Shown here: positions 1-8,432 of the stretch, piece after piece
Numbering within the stretch: the stretch's first letter is position 1
Layout of the letters: every line of letters begins with the position of its first letter
NCBI GenBank assembly: GCA_964646355.1
Contig: CAZYEE010000025.1
Location: forward strand, 1-22,290
Direction: 5' to 3'
DNA length: 22,290 nucleotides
From: an uncultured archaeon
GTDB lineage: Archaea > Asgardarchaeota > Lokiarchaeia > Helarchaeales > HEL-GB-B
Program-made: the position numbers and the translations under genes
The notes under the pieces: model-generated
What the model was told of the DNA's origin: nothing
Databases searched by the model: none
Seen by the model: the letters and a program-made list of their open reading frames with translations, nothing else

Positions 1-1188
1 ACGACATATTTTAGAGTTGCAAATTTTAAGCCTTATAATGGAAAAATTTCAGACCTAAAATTACTTAAAGAGGATATATGGGCAATTTCAAGGGTTAACT
101 CATTGACTAAGGAATTGACCTCAATGTTTGAAGCTTTTAATATACCCAAAATACCAAAAATCTTACAAAAATTTTTATTAGATGATTTAAGCAGGTGGTA
201 TATCCGAATTATCAGAAAAAGAATTGAAGGTGACCCTAATGATGAAAATACAATTGCAGCATTGAATACCTTGTATTATATTCTAAAAAGATTCTTGCTT
301 TTATGTCATCCTGTCATACCTTGTCTAACCGAAGAATTATATCAATATCTCGTAAGGCAACTTGAAAAAGACACACCTGAGAGTATTCAATTGGATGTAT
401 GGCCTGTTGTTGAGGAAGATTTGATTAATGAAAAATTGGAAGATTCGATGGAAACTATTAAGAAAATAGTTCAAGAAGTAAGGGCACTCCGCTCACTCAA
501 AAATATTGGAGTAAGGCAACCACTTGGAGAACTAATAATCGGAGGAGATGAAGAAACAAAAGAGGTACTCGAATTATTCGAGAATTTAATTAAAAATGAG
601 GTTAATATTAAAAAAATTACCTTCTACAGCAAGACACAACTTATTAAAGAAAAATTAGAACTCGTATTCAATCCAAACTATTCTACTCTTGGCAAAAAAT
701 TCAAAAAGTCCCTAAACAACATTCTGGAACATATTAAAACACTTGATATCTACGAAATTAAACAGAAACTAGACAATAATGAATCTTTTGAATTTGAATT
801 TGATAATAGAAAGTGGACTTTAGACCCAGGCGACCTCGAATTCAAATATATAGCTGCTGATAATTATTGTTTCACATATTTGGACAAATATATAATTATG
901 CTAGACCTAACAATAGATGAAGAATTGTATGAGGAGGGAATTTCCCGCCAAATTAACAGACGCATACAATCAATGCGAAAGGACTTAAACTTAACGCCAA
1001 AAATCGATAAAATTATGTTATATTATGAAGGTGATGATTTCCTCGGTACGATAATAAATAAATTCAAGGATTACCTAAAAGCGGAGGCCGCAATAACTTC
1101 TATCGAAAAAGGCCTTCAAAATAAAGGTCATACCAAAGAATGGGAAATTGAAGGTAAAAAACTAATTCTTGAGGTAGTAAAAGAATAA
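1..1188 (+). CDS. ileS: Isoleucyl-tRNA synthetase, C-terminal part (gene starts upstream of the window)
   Basis: Frame 1 is open from base 1 (TTYFRVANFKPYNG...), so the listed Met at 103 is internal. Motifs LLDDLSRWYIRIIRKRI, LLLCHPVIPCLTEELYQYL, ESIQLDVWP and IGVRQPL match the anticodon-binding and C-terminal region of archaeal/eukaryotic-type IleRS (DLSNWY..R, ESVHL..WP, VRQPL). Stop TAA at 1186-1188. Confidence 0.85.
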   Translation, partial: TTYFRVANFKPYNGKISDLKLLKEDIWAISRVNSLTKELTSMFEAFNIPKIPKILQKFLLDDLSRWYIRIIRKRIEGDPNDENTIAALNTLYYILKRFLLLCHPVIPCLTEELYQYLVRQLEKDTPESIQLDVWPVVEEDLINEKLEDSMETIKKIVQEVRALRSLKNIGVRQPLGELIIGGDEETKEVLELFENLIKNEVNIKKITFYSKTQLIKEKLELVFNPNYSTLGKKFKKSLNNILEHIKTLDIYEIKQKLDNNESFEFEFDNRKWTLDPGDLEFKYIAADNYCFTYLDKYIIMLDLTIDEELYEEGISRQINRRIQSMRKDLNLTPKIDKIMLYYEGDDFLGTIINKFKDYLKAEAAITSIEKGLQNKGHTKEWEIEGKKLILEVVKE

Positions 1189-1195
1189 TTTTTTT
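1189..1195 (+). terminator. Oligo-T tract directly after the ileS stop (archaeal-type termination signal)
   Basis: Seven consecutive T (1189-1195) follow the TAA stop. Archaeal RNA polymerase terminates at oligo-dT runs. Confidence 0.4.
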
Positions 1196-1247
1196 AATTT
1201 TATAAAATTATAATCTTTTATATTTTATATAATCTAATTAAAATGCC

Positions 1248-1325
1248 TAGTAATATAAAATAAAACATAGTAACGTAAAGTAAAATATTATAAAATAAAA
1301 TAAAACATAGTAATATAAAATAAAA
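1248..1325. repeat. AT-rich intergenic direct repeats built on TAAAA/ATAAAA units
   Basis: tagtaatataaaataaaa occurs at 1248-1265 and again at 1308-1325, exactly 60 nt apart. ataaaataaaacatagtaa occurs at 1255-1273 and 1295-1313. The repeats lie between ileS and the next + strand ORF. Confidence 0.5.
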
Positions 1326-1343
1326 TGCTCAGTGATATAAAAT

Positions 1344-1811
1344 ATGAACAATGGGCTATATTTTCTCCTTCATAACGTTAATTCTGTGAATATAGTAGCA
1401 GAATTTACTCAAACAATGCTAGGATTTGATGTTCCAAACATTATTATTTCTAAAGCGGAAGGCTCAGCAGCAATGAGTGGAGTACCAACAGCTCACAAAC
1501 TTGCATTTAAAAATAACAAAAATCTGCTTTATTTAAAGGATATTTCTGATGTAATCGAATTGGTTGAGCCAGATGAAGTCTTACTCTACGTGTCTAAAAA
1601 ATATACTGACAATATTTTTAATGAAATGAAGGTCATTAAACTTTTAAAACAAAATAAAAAAGTATTAATCGCATTTTCGGGTCAAAAATCAGGTTTTTCT
1701 AGACAAGAAATGGATTTTGGGCATTTAATATCTCTAGATCTCCCCTCTGATATCAGTGTACTGGGCTCTGTAGCAATAATTTTATATAAAATTTTTAATG
1801 TTAATAAATGA
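1344..1811 (+). CDS. Hypothetical protein, possible SPOUT (trefoil-knot) methyltransferase-like fold
   Basis: 155-aa ORF. The C-terminal segment KVLIAFSGQKSGFSRQEMDFGHLISLDLPSDISVLGSVAIILYKIF resembles the SPOUT knot motifs (..FG.E..G.s.e.. then ..SLNVS.A..I.LY). Family assignment is not verified. Confidence 0.5.
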   Translation: MNNGLYFLLHNVNSVNIVAEFTQTMLGFDVPNIIISKAEGSAAMSGVPTAHKLAFKNNKNLLYLKDISDVIELVEPDEVLLYVSKKYTDNIFNEMKVIKLLKQNKKVLIAFSGQKSGFSRQEMDFGHLISLDLPSDISVLGSVAIILYKIFNVNK

Positions 1812-1853
1812 AAATGGAATACAATTTCTTAGTAATATTCTTATATCATACTG

Positions 1854-1861
1854 TATATTTT
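1854..1861 (+). promoter_or_regulatory. Candidate TATA box for the tRNA-Val gene
   Basis: tatatttt is centred about 25 nt upstream of the first tRNA base (1882), the usual archaeal TATA-to-start spacing. The AT-rich background makes this weak. Confidence 0.3.
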
Positions 1862-1881
1862 GAAATTAATCATTCGGCTAA

Positions 1882-1984
1882 GGGCCGGTGGTCTAGAATA
1901 AAATTTATTCAAAAATTATGGACAAATGGTTATGATGTCGCCCTTACGAGGCGAAGGTCGTGAGTTCGAGTCTCACCCGGCCCA
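1882..1984 (+). tRNA. tRNA-Val (anticodon UAC) carrying about 29 extra nt in the D-loop (non-canonical intron candidate)
   Basis: Acceptor stem GGGCCGG (1882-1888) pairs with CCGGCCC (1977-1983); discriminator A at 1984. Anticodon arm is TCGCC / CTTACGA / GGCGA (1938-1954) with TAC at 1945-1947. T-arm is GTGAG TTCGAGT CTCAC (1960-1976). D-stem is GTCT (1891-1894) / TGAT (1933-1936). Between AGA (1895-1897) and TGGTTA (1927-1932) sits ataaaatttattcaaaaattatggacaaa, which has no place in a cloverleaf. Total length is 103 nt against about 74 expected. CCA is not encoded. Confidence 0.8.
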
Positions 1985-1991
1985 TTTCTTC

Positions 1992-2753
1992 TTATTTCAC
2001 AATTTCATCTGGTATAAATGCATTCATTTCAATACCAGGTAAATGGGGACCAATGTCTTTAATTATGCCAGGAGCTTCTGTGTCTTCTTTACACACCATT
2101 GAGTATTCAAATAGTCCTAATCTTTCTGTTTTGATAATATCACGGGTGTGTCCCGTTCTTTTTAACACTTTTTGGATGATATTATTTAGTACTCCATTTA
2201 TATTGACTCTTTGGAGCCCCTTATCTACCCATTTTTTGAATCTATTAAGTTGTTTTTTAGAAAATTCTGCTTCTATCTTATAATTTCCAGGATCAATATT
2301 TGTTATCAATATCTCGGTTGGCATTTCGTTAATAATTCCATAGATATCAATGATTTTTCTGGTGGAGATCTTCTTATTTTGGACAAGTTGTTCTCTTAAT
2401 TTATGTAAAGGGATCAAGGCATCTGAAAAAGTATCATTATGAATTGCACCCACGTTGACATAAATACCATAACCATATTTATTGACCTCAACGAATTTTC
2501 CAAAGTATTTAACATTATTTTGAAGATCTTCAAAATTTTTACAGATATGAAATTCTTTTTTTAAGAAGTTGTAAGTAAACTCTTCATCATCACCAAAAAA
2601 TCGTATGTAAATATTTCCGGAATCAGTAATAGTGATCGTATCTAATGTAATATCCAGTTCACCAAGCATTTTATTAATCCTATATTTAAAATATTTAAAT
2701 AAATCCTTCTGAAAGGGCCCATAAATTGTTTCAATTAAAAGTACTTCTTTCAT
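1992..2753 (-). CDS. Conserved-archaeal-type hypothetical protein with an S1/OB-like segment
   Basis: 253-aa ORF convergent with the tRNA. GKFVEVNKYGYGIYVNVG looks like an S1/OB beta-strand signature. Overall it resembles uncharacterised archaeal proteins (possibly the DUF2110 type, unverified). Confidence 0.6.
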   Translation of the reverse strand: MKEVLLIETIYGPFQKDLFKYFKYRINKMLGELDITLDTITITDSGNIYIRFFGDDEEFTYNFLKKEFHICKNFEDLQNNVKYFGKFVEVNKYGYGIYVNVGAIHNDTFSDALIPLHKLREQLVQNKKISTRKIIDIYGIINEMPTEILITNIDPGNYKIEAEFSKKQLNRFKKWVDKGLQRVNINGVLNNIIQKVLKRTGHTRDIIKTERLGLFEYSMVCKEDTEAPGIIKDIGPHLPGIEMNAFIPDEIVK

Positions 2754-2881
2754 AATTGTTCAATCACAAAACCTATTCAAAATTTATAAATTCAATGTTT
2801 TTATTGAATTTATTAATACTATATAAAATCTGGTGTTTTTTATTAAATAGTTCAATATAATTTAAGGAGTAATGATCATTG

Positions 2882-3418
2882 ATGAAAAAAGTGATTGTAA
2901 TACGATACGGACATAGACCTGCAAGAGATCAGCGTATGACCACTCATATTGCCCTAATAGCAAGGGCTCTTGGAGCTGATGGTATGATAATGACCGATGT
3001 AGCGGATGAAAAAATAGAAAGTTCAATTCGAAATGTAAATGAAAATTGGGGTAGCAACTTCTTTATAGAAATGGGTATCAAATGGAGGGCTTTAATTAAT
3101 AAAATAAAAGAAAATAATGATTTATTAATACATTTAACAATGTATGGATTGAGACTTGATGAAGATATTATTGATGAGATTAGAGGATTTAATAAAAATG
3201 TATATATATTTGTTGGCTCTCAAAAAGTCCCTTCTATAATTTATAATCTTGCAGATTACAATATTTCAATCACAAATCAGCCTCAATCTGAATGCGGGGC
3301 GCTCGCTATTTTCTTAGATAGATTGTTTAAGGGTAAAAATTTATATCTTGAGTTTGAAAATGCTAAATTTAAAATAATACCCGCCAGACATGGAAAAAAA
3401 GTGGAGTTGAACCGCTAG
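2882..3418 (+). CDS. trm56: tRNA (cytidine56-2'-O)-methyltransferase aTrm56 (SPOUT)
   Basis: VIVIRYGHRPARDQRMTTHIALIARALGADGMIM, HLTMYGL, VGSQKVP, LADYNISITNQPQSECGALAIFLDRL and IIPARHGKKV align along the whole length with Pyrococcus-type aTrm56 (LRLGHRPERDKR.TTHVAL.ARAFGADG..., NQPHSEVAALAV.LDRL). The ORF track starts at TTG 2879; ATG at 2882 is more likely. Confidence 0.9.
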   Translation: MKKVIVIRYGHRPARDQRMTTHIALIARALGADGMIMTDVADEKIESSIRNVNENWGSNFFIEMGIKWRALINKIKENNDLLIHLTMYGLRLDEDIIDEIRGFNKNVYIFVGSQKVPSIIYNLADYNISITNQPQSECGALAIFLDRLFKGKNLYLEFENAKFKIIPARHGKKVELNR

Positions 3419-3460
3419 AGCGCGTTCAAGTCGAGACTGATAAAACCAAACAAGGTAAAA

Positions 3461-3961
3461 TCAGGTCTTGTATTTTTTCTTTTTTAAATGAACGATATCT
3501 CCGAGGGTTAATCCTTCACTTTTATGCTTGGTTTTATATTCAAATCCTTCGTCAATATCGGCGACGGTTAATAAGTTAATTCCAAAAATTTTTTCCAGTT
3601 TTTCTCTTACATCATCCGTGGGTTCCTGACCGCTTTCAATTCTTCTAATCAAGGAGGGCCTAATATTTATTCTTTTCCCCAGTTCTTCTTGAGTCCAGCC
3701 TCGTTTTTCTCGCTCCCTTTTTATTATCTTATTAAAATCTTCGACCAGCTCCATTTCAGCAAATTCTGGTCTGTAGCTTGATTTCCTCCTATAACCTTTT
3801 TTATTTCTAACTCTGGGTGTAGTTTTAACGGACTCTTTAATTTGAGTTCCAAATTTAGCACATTTTTGACAAACCTTCAACTTTGCACCTTCTATCAGTC
3901 TCCACTGGGCTCGACCATAAATTTCTTGGCCACAAACATCACAGATCTCTTTTCTTGGCAT
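3461..3961 (-). CDS. mbf1: Archaeal multiprotein-bridging factor 1 (zinc ribbon + XRE-type HTH)
   Basis: N-terminal CDVCGQEI...CQKCAKFG zinc ribbon. C-terminal REKRGWTQEELGKRINIRPSLIRRIESGQ helix-turn-helix. Size of 166 aa is typical for aMBF1. Confidence 0.85.
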   Translation of the reverse strand: MPRKEICDVCGQEIYGRAQWRLIEGAKLKVCQKCAKFGTQIKESVKTTPRVRNKKGYRRKSSYRPEFAEMELVEDFNKIIKREREKRGWTQEELGKRINIRPSLIRRIESGQEPTDDVREKLEKIFGINLLTVADIDEGFEYKTKHKSEGLTLGDIVHLKKKKYKT

Positions 3962-4060
3962 TTCAATTCACAATACACACTAATTGCTGATATTCAAAAA
4001 GTTCACATATAATTATCATATAATTAATACGTTTTCTAAATTATAAATTTACTTTATAAT

Positions 4061-4097
4061 TAATGAAACTGAATTTTTTTTTAATGAAATTGAATTT
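4061..4097. repeat. Direct repeat taatgaaa(c/t)tgaattt x2 in the divergent mbf1/pan intergenic region
   Basis: Copies at 4061-4076 and 4082-4097 are 21 nt apart. A third partial copy, taaatgaaatt, lies at 4127-4137. Confidence 0.4.
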
Positions 4098-4321
4098 ATT
4101 TAAGGATTTTTTTGATAATTTTTAGGTAAATGAAATTATGCCTATTTATTGAAAAAATCTTTTTTAATAGTGGTGTAATTGTACCAAATTGGATAGAATA
4201 TTAAATCCCTAAAATTTAATAATCACATTATCCTAAATTAAATTAAAGACTTGTAAAATTAAGTTTATGTATTGATTTGTTATAAATTGAATAAGAAATA
4301 ACCAAAAAAGGAACGATTTTA

Positions 4322-5539
4322 ATGCCTGAAAGTACGGAATCAAATAAGAAATGGTATCTCAATGATAATAGTTATTTAATTTCTTATACTAGAACGCTTG
4401 AAAGAAGGATAAGAGCTTTAGAAACAGAGAGACAGATTTATAATGCTGAGAAAATGCGGTTAGAACGAGAACTTCATACCCTTAAGTCAGAACTTGAAAG
4501 AATGCGTAGACCACCTTTAGTTACTGCTGAAGTTATTGACATTTTACCTGATAAATCTGTAGTGGTACGCAGCTCTACTGGGCCCCAATTTGTAGTGACG
4601 GTCTCACCTAATATTGATATAAATGATATCAAAGTCGGCTCTATTGTGGCTTTAAATCAGCGAACTTTCGCCATATTCAGACTTCTACCAAAAACAAAGG
4701 ATCCATTTGTTCAAGCGATGGAGGTCGAGGAAAGTCCTAATGTCTGGTATAAAGATATTGGTGGGCTTAAAGAACAAATAAGGGAGATTAAAGAAACCGT
4801 GGAGCTGCCTATAATAAATCCAGGAATTTTCGAGGCTGTTGGAATTGAGCCTCCAAAGGGAGTACTTTTATATGGTCCACCAGGTACTGGAAAAACAATG
4901 ATTGCAAGAGCAGTAGCCTCAGAAACCAATTCTACTTTTATAAGAGTAATAGGTTCTGAACTCGTTCAGAAGTTTATAGGTGAAGGCGCTCGACTAGTCC
5001 GTGAGGTTTTCGGACTGGCAAAAGAAAAAGCTCCAAGCATAGTATTTATTGATGAACTAGATGCTATCGGATGCAAACGTTTGGAGATAGCTACTTCCGG
5101 TGATAGGGAGGTTCAACGGACTCTTATGCAATTGTTAAGTATATTAGATGGATTCGATTCAAGAGGAGACGTAAGAATAATTGCTGCCACTAATCGAATT
5201 GATATACTGGACCCTGCACTCCTACGTCCTGGTAGATTTGATAGACTAATCGAATTCAAACCACCTAATGACAGTGAACGTTATGAAATATTTAAGATCT
5301 ATCTTAAAAAACTGAATATCGATGAATCAGTCAAAATATCTAAACTTGTCAGATTGACAGCCTCATCCGGTGATCAAAATCCGACAACAGGTGCGGATAT
5401 AAAGGCGATTTGCACCGAAGCTGGAATGTTCGCAATTAGAAATAATAGAACTGTAATCACAATTTCTGATTTCATTAAAGCCATTCAGAAAGTTAAAGGA
5501 AAAACTCCAACAACAATAACAAGTAAGTTTTATTCTTAA
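4322..5539 (+). CDS. pan: Proteasome-activating nucleotidase (AAA+ ATPase)
   Basis: N-terminal coiled coil ([33 protein letters not shown]) and an OB segment. Walker A is GPPGTGKT and Walker B is [29 protein letters not shown] is present. The C-terminal F-Y-S fits the HbYX proteasome-docking motif. Confidence 0.95.
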   Translation: MPESTESNKKWYLNDNSYLISYTRTLERRIRALETERQIYNAEKMRLERELHTLKSELERMRRPPLVTAEVIDILPDKSVVVRSSTGPQFVVTVSPNIDINDIKVGSIVALNQRTFAIFRLLPKTKDPFVQAMEVEESPNVWYKDIGGLKEQIREIKETVELPIINPGIFEAVGIEPPKGVLLYGPPGTGKTMIARAVASETNSTFIRVIGSELVQKFIGEGARLVREVFGLAKEKAPSIVFIDELDAIGCKRLEIATSGDREVQRTLMQLLSILDGFDSRGDVRIIAATNRIDILDPALLRPGRFDRLIEFKPPNDSERYEIFKIYLKKLNIDESVKISKLVRLTASSGDQNPTTGADIKAICTEAGMFAIRNNRTVITISDFIKAIQKVKGKTPTTITSKFYS

Positions 5540-5627
5540 TCTCAATTTATTTTATGATTATTGATGCATTAATAATCATTTTTTCATCATTCTATTTTAT
5601 TTCTTTCATTTAAAGTGATGTATTAAA

Positions 5628-6110
5628 ATGGAGATTCTTTCCAATTCATCTCAATACTATTTTTATATGCGAAAATTTATAGCTCTATTAAAATTTCAAT
5701 ATTATATTGATGATGTCTCAATAGATTTTTTTAAGAATCTTAATTTATCGTTTATTTTTTCTAAAAACACAGGTAGATTAAAATATATCAAATCCAATGG
5801 AAAAATTATTGCTACCTTCAGAGCCCATGATGGATTCCTTGTATTGACAAAATTCGGCGCTACAATCATCAAAAATTTAATCGAGTACCCAAAACTTAGA
5901 GTTGTTATCCCAAATGAAATCTCTGAATTTATTGCCAAGGGACGTAATGTCTTTTCAAAACATGTTATTGAAATAGATCAAGAATTACGTCCCGAATCTG
6001 AAGTGCTTATTGTAGATCAGACCGATAAACTTGTGGGAATTGGAAAGTTAATTATGAGCCCAGTTGATGTAAAAAAATTTAAGACTGGAGTTGCTGTAAA
6101 GGTCAGATAA
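5628..6110 (+). CDS. PUA-domain RNA-binding protein
   Basis: The C-terminal EVLIVDQTDKLVGIGKLIMSPVDVKKFKTGVAVKVR is a PUA signature. The N-terminal TGRLKYIKSNGKIIATFRAHDGFLVLTKFGA matches the pre-PUA part of archaeal PUA proteins. The true start may be the Met at 5667 (MRKFIALL...). Confidence 0.7.
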   Translation: MEILSNSSQYYFYMRKFIALLKFQYYIDDVSIDFFKNLNLSFIFSKNTGRLKYIKSNGKIIATFRAHDGFLVLTKFGATIIKNLIEYPKLRVVIPNEISEFIAKGRNVFSKHVIEIDQELRPESEVLIVDQTDKLVGIGKLIMSPVDVKKFKTGVAVKVR

Positions 6111-6221
6111 ATAATTCATCTGCCATTATTTATTTTACATTTGTAATATGAATCTTTAATTTTAATATCTATTAATTTTTTATTAATACATGATTTATTA
6201 AGGCTAATTTTTATTTGTTCT

Positions 6222-6668
6222 TTATTTTTTCTTCAGCTCAATAATCGCCTTAGCTAGATCTCCTTTTGTTTTAATTAAAGTTTCTCTTGCTTCTTCTTCA
6301 GTAACTCCAGCTTGCTGTGCTACTAGTTGCACATCTTCAAAAGGGATCTCTATCGGTTTTTCTTCTTCTGTTTCTATTTTCGTTTCTTGAGTTTTACTTA
6401 ACTCGTCTATAGATGTGCCCTCAACCACCTCATTTCCTCCGATAATTTGATAAACTCTTCCTTGTCCTGCCAGTTCTACAAAAGTCACATTTTCTGGATT
6501 TTCTAATTTTATTTCATTTTCGCTTGTTCTTATTATCACTTCAATAACATTTGGAATTTCTTTTATGTTCATACTTGGATCCTGCTGAAGTTTCCTCATT
6601 GCTCTTCTTATTGATCTGCTACTTCCTTTTCTTGCTTGTTGCTTTTTTATTTTATGCCATTTGGACAT
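6222..6668 (-). CDS. nac: Nascent polypeptide-associated complex protein (NAC domain + UBA domain)
   Basis: NAC beta-barrel segment [41 protein letters not shown]-terminal UBA-like [36 protein letters not shown]. Confidence 0.9.
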   Translation of the reverse strand: MSKWHKIKKQQARKGSSRSIRRAMRKLQQDPSMNIKEIPNVIEVIIRTSENEIKLENPENVTFVELAGQGRVYQIIGGNEVVEGTSIDELSKTQETKIETEEEKPIEIPFEDVQLVAQQAGVTEEEARETLIKTKGDLAKAIIELKKK

Positions 6669-6686
6669 ATGTTCACACCATCATTT

Positions 6687-6968
6687 TTAAGCAAAAATAT
6701 AAACAGTAAATGCAATTGTATTCAAAAAAATAAATAAAAATAACCATTCTACAAAATATCTGTTTTGATTTTCGGGATACTCTTTCATGTAGGAATGAAT
6801 ACCAAAAGATATTATCGTCATTAATAAAAAATCAAGAAACATAACTCCAGTAAATACTTCTAACTCAATTGGACCAATTAATCCAATTATCATTACTCCT
6901 GTTAATAATAAAAAGATCCAACCAGAGATATTGAGTACCATTTTGAAATTTATTTTTTCAATATTCAT
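6687..6968 (-). CDS. Small hypothetical membrane protein (3 predicted TM helices)
   Basis: 93-aa ORF made almost entirely of hydrophobic helices, co-directional with and 18 nt upstream of nac. No recognisable family. Confidence 0.45.
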   Translation of the reverse strand: MNIEKINFKMVLNISGWIFLLLTGVMIIGLIGPIELEVFTGVMFLDFLLMTIISFGIHSYMKEYPENQNRYFVEWLFLFIFLNTIAFTVYIFA

Positions 6969-7422
6969 TTTGATATCTTCCTATAATCTTATTAGCTTCT
7001 AATAATTTTATACTCTTTCGTTTATGATTATTGTCGCTTAGTATCACAAATTATTATTGCTTATCCATTTTAAAGATTTTTGATATCTTTATTTTTGATG
7101 TTAATTATATCATTTTATTCTTTATTTATTTAATATAAATCGTTAATTCCTATTTTATTTTTATTGATGAATGAACTACAATTTTAATCATATTTTTTTG
7201 TTTTTAGTTAATTATATTCATCTAAGACTTCTTGATACAATTTATTCAATTCTATTTTCTATAATCTGATTTAAATTGATAAATAATAAATACCGCCCTA
7301 AAAATATTTAAATGCTAAAACCGAAAAAATAAGACACTAATATAGATTTATATTATTTCGATTATTGTAATATTTAAAATATTAGCTTATAGGTTAATGT
7401 AAAAATTTTCGAGGAATAGTTT

Positions 7423-7809
7423 ATGTCGGAATCGAAAGGTGGCGGTCTCGCTGAACTGCTGCAGGAATTCCAAGATGATACTGGCATAGATTCAGGTTTA
7501 GCCATTATCTCCAGAGATGGACTGATAATGCGTTCATTATCTCTACCATCTGGCATAGATGAGGATATTGTGGCTGCTAATGCTGCACGTATACTTTTTC
7601 TTGGAGAAGCTACTGGAAAAGAGTTAAATAAAGGTGAATTACAACAAGTACTCTTTCAATTCGAAAATGGATTCGTTGCTCTTGCTGGTGCGGGCCCTTA
7701 TGCAGCTGTAATGGCATTAATCACCCCTGAAAATAAATTAGAGACAGGGGCTATTCTATTTTCAATAGGAATACTGGCCCGTAGGGTCAAAAAATTGTTG
7801 TCCGGATAG
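7423..7809 (+). CDS. Roadblock/LC7 (MglB-like) domain protein
   Basis: 128 aa. GLAIISRDGLIMRSLSLPSGIDEDIVAANAARI...GELQQVLFQFENGFVALAGAGPYAAVMALI follows the Roadblock/LC7 alpha-beta-alpha pattern. Confidence 0.8.
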   Translation: MSESKGGGLAELLQEFQDDTGIDSGLAIISRDGLIMRSLSLPSGIDEDIVAANAARILFLGEATGKELNKGELQQVLFQFENGFVALAGAGPYAAVMALITPENKLETGAILFSIGILARRVKKLLSG

Positions 7810-7874
7810 ATTTTTCAAATTTAATTCTTTTTTATTTTATACAAAATTAGATAAATTACCAAAATATGAATAAC

Positions 7875-7926
7875 AGATCTGATTTTTAGAGTATTTGGGG
7901 AAAACCCGTTAAAATTCATCAGATTT
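7875..7926. other. Long imperfect hairpin between the convergent Roadblock and nop10 genes
   Basis: agatctgat (7875-7883) pairs with atcagattt (7918-7926, one G-U). tttt (7884-7887) pairs with aaaa (7911-7914) across a 3-nt bulge. The apical stem is ggg (7898-7900) / ccc (7905-7907) with an aaaa loop. Confidence 0.3.
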
Positions 7927-7981
7927 AATAAAAAATAATACTTTTTGCTAATAAAATCCCCTACCATCTAATAAAATTAGG

Positions 7982-8155
7982 TTAACAACCTAACTCTTTT
8001 TTAAACGCTCTCCTATACTTCCCGTATCTGTCTTCCAACGAGAATTTAGGCGGCCCTACTGGAATTGTTTCTCCTCCACATCCAGAAACCGGACATATCT
8101 CCTTATTTATTGTATATCGTCCGCAAACCTTACATTTTCTTAAAAGTTTTCCCAA
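7982..8155 (-). CDS. nop10: H/ACA ribonucleoprotein subunit Nop10
   Basis: LRKCKVCGRYTINKEICPVSGCGGETIPVGPPKFSLEDRYGKYRRAFKKE matches the Nop10 zinc ribbon plus PP.FSPED.YG.YRR. The track start (TTG 8206) overlaps the upstream ORF. An in-frame TTG at 8155-8153 is preceded by GAGGA and gives a typical 57-aa Nop10. Confidence 0.85.
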   Translation of the reverse strand: MGKLLRKCKVCGRYTINKEICPVSGCGGETIPVGPPKFSLEDRYGKYRRAFKKELGC

Positions 8156-8165
8156 CTTGATCCTC

Positions 8166-8432
8166 TTATTTGCTTTTAATCTCTCTAATTTCGTGATTAT
8201 TATCAAGATCTATCAGTAATATATGATCATTGTGGGGATACTCGATTCTATATGGAAAATTACAAATATTTTCAGGTATCTCACATTTCAATATAATTGT
8301 TTCTTTACAAACAGGGCATTTAAATTGTATTGCTGATCTTTTTTCAGTTCTTATACAACTTATAAACTCTCTTTTTTCACTCTCGTCTTCAATTATTTCA
8401 ATTTTTATGTCCAAAGTTCTGTCGTTTGTCAT
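8166..8432 (-). CDS. Small hypothetical Cys-containing protein
   Basis: 88-aa ORF with CPVC plus CEIPENIC (possible zinc-ribbon-like). Its stop lies 10 nt upstream of the proposed nop10 start, suggesting co-transcription. No family recognised. Confidence 0.45.
   Translation of the reverse strand: MTNDRTLDIKIEIIEDESEKREFISCIRTEKRSAIQFKCPVCKETIILKCEIPENICNFPYRIEYPHNDHILLIDLDNNHEIREIKSK

Noticed and set aside
1960-2283. + strand 107-aa ORF
   Set aside because: It starts inside the tRNA-Val T-arm and runs antisense to the well-supported 253-aa minus-strand gene. Its composition is low-complexity and Ser/Leu-rich.
4711-5938. Minus-strand ORFs 4711-4929, 5363-5545 and 5702-5938
   Set aside because: They are antisense to pan and the PUA gene, which have strong family signatures. 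They have no motifs of their own.
8156-8206. Extended N-terminus of Nop10 from TTG 8206
   Set aside because: It overlaps the upstream ORF by 41 nt and adds 17 residues not typical of Nop10. An internal TTG with a GAGGA motif gives the canonical length.
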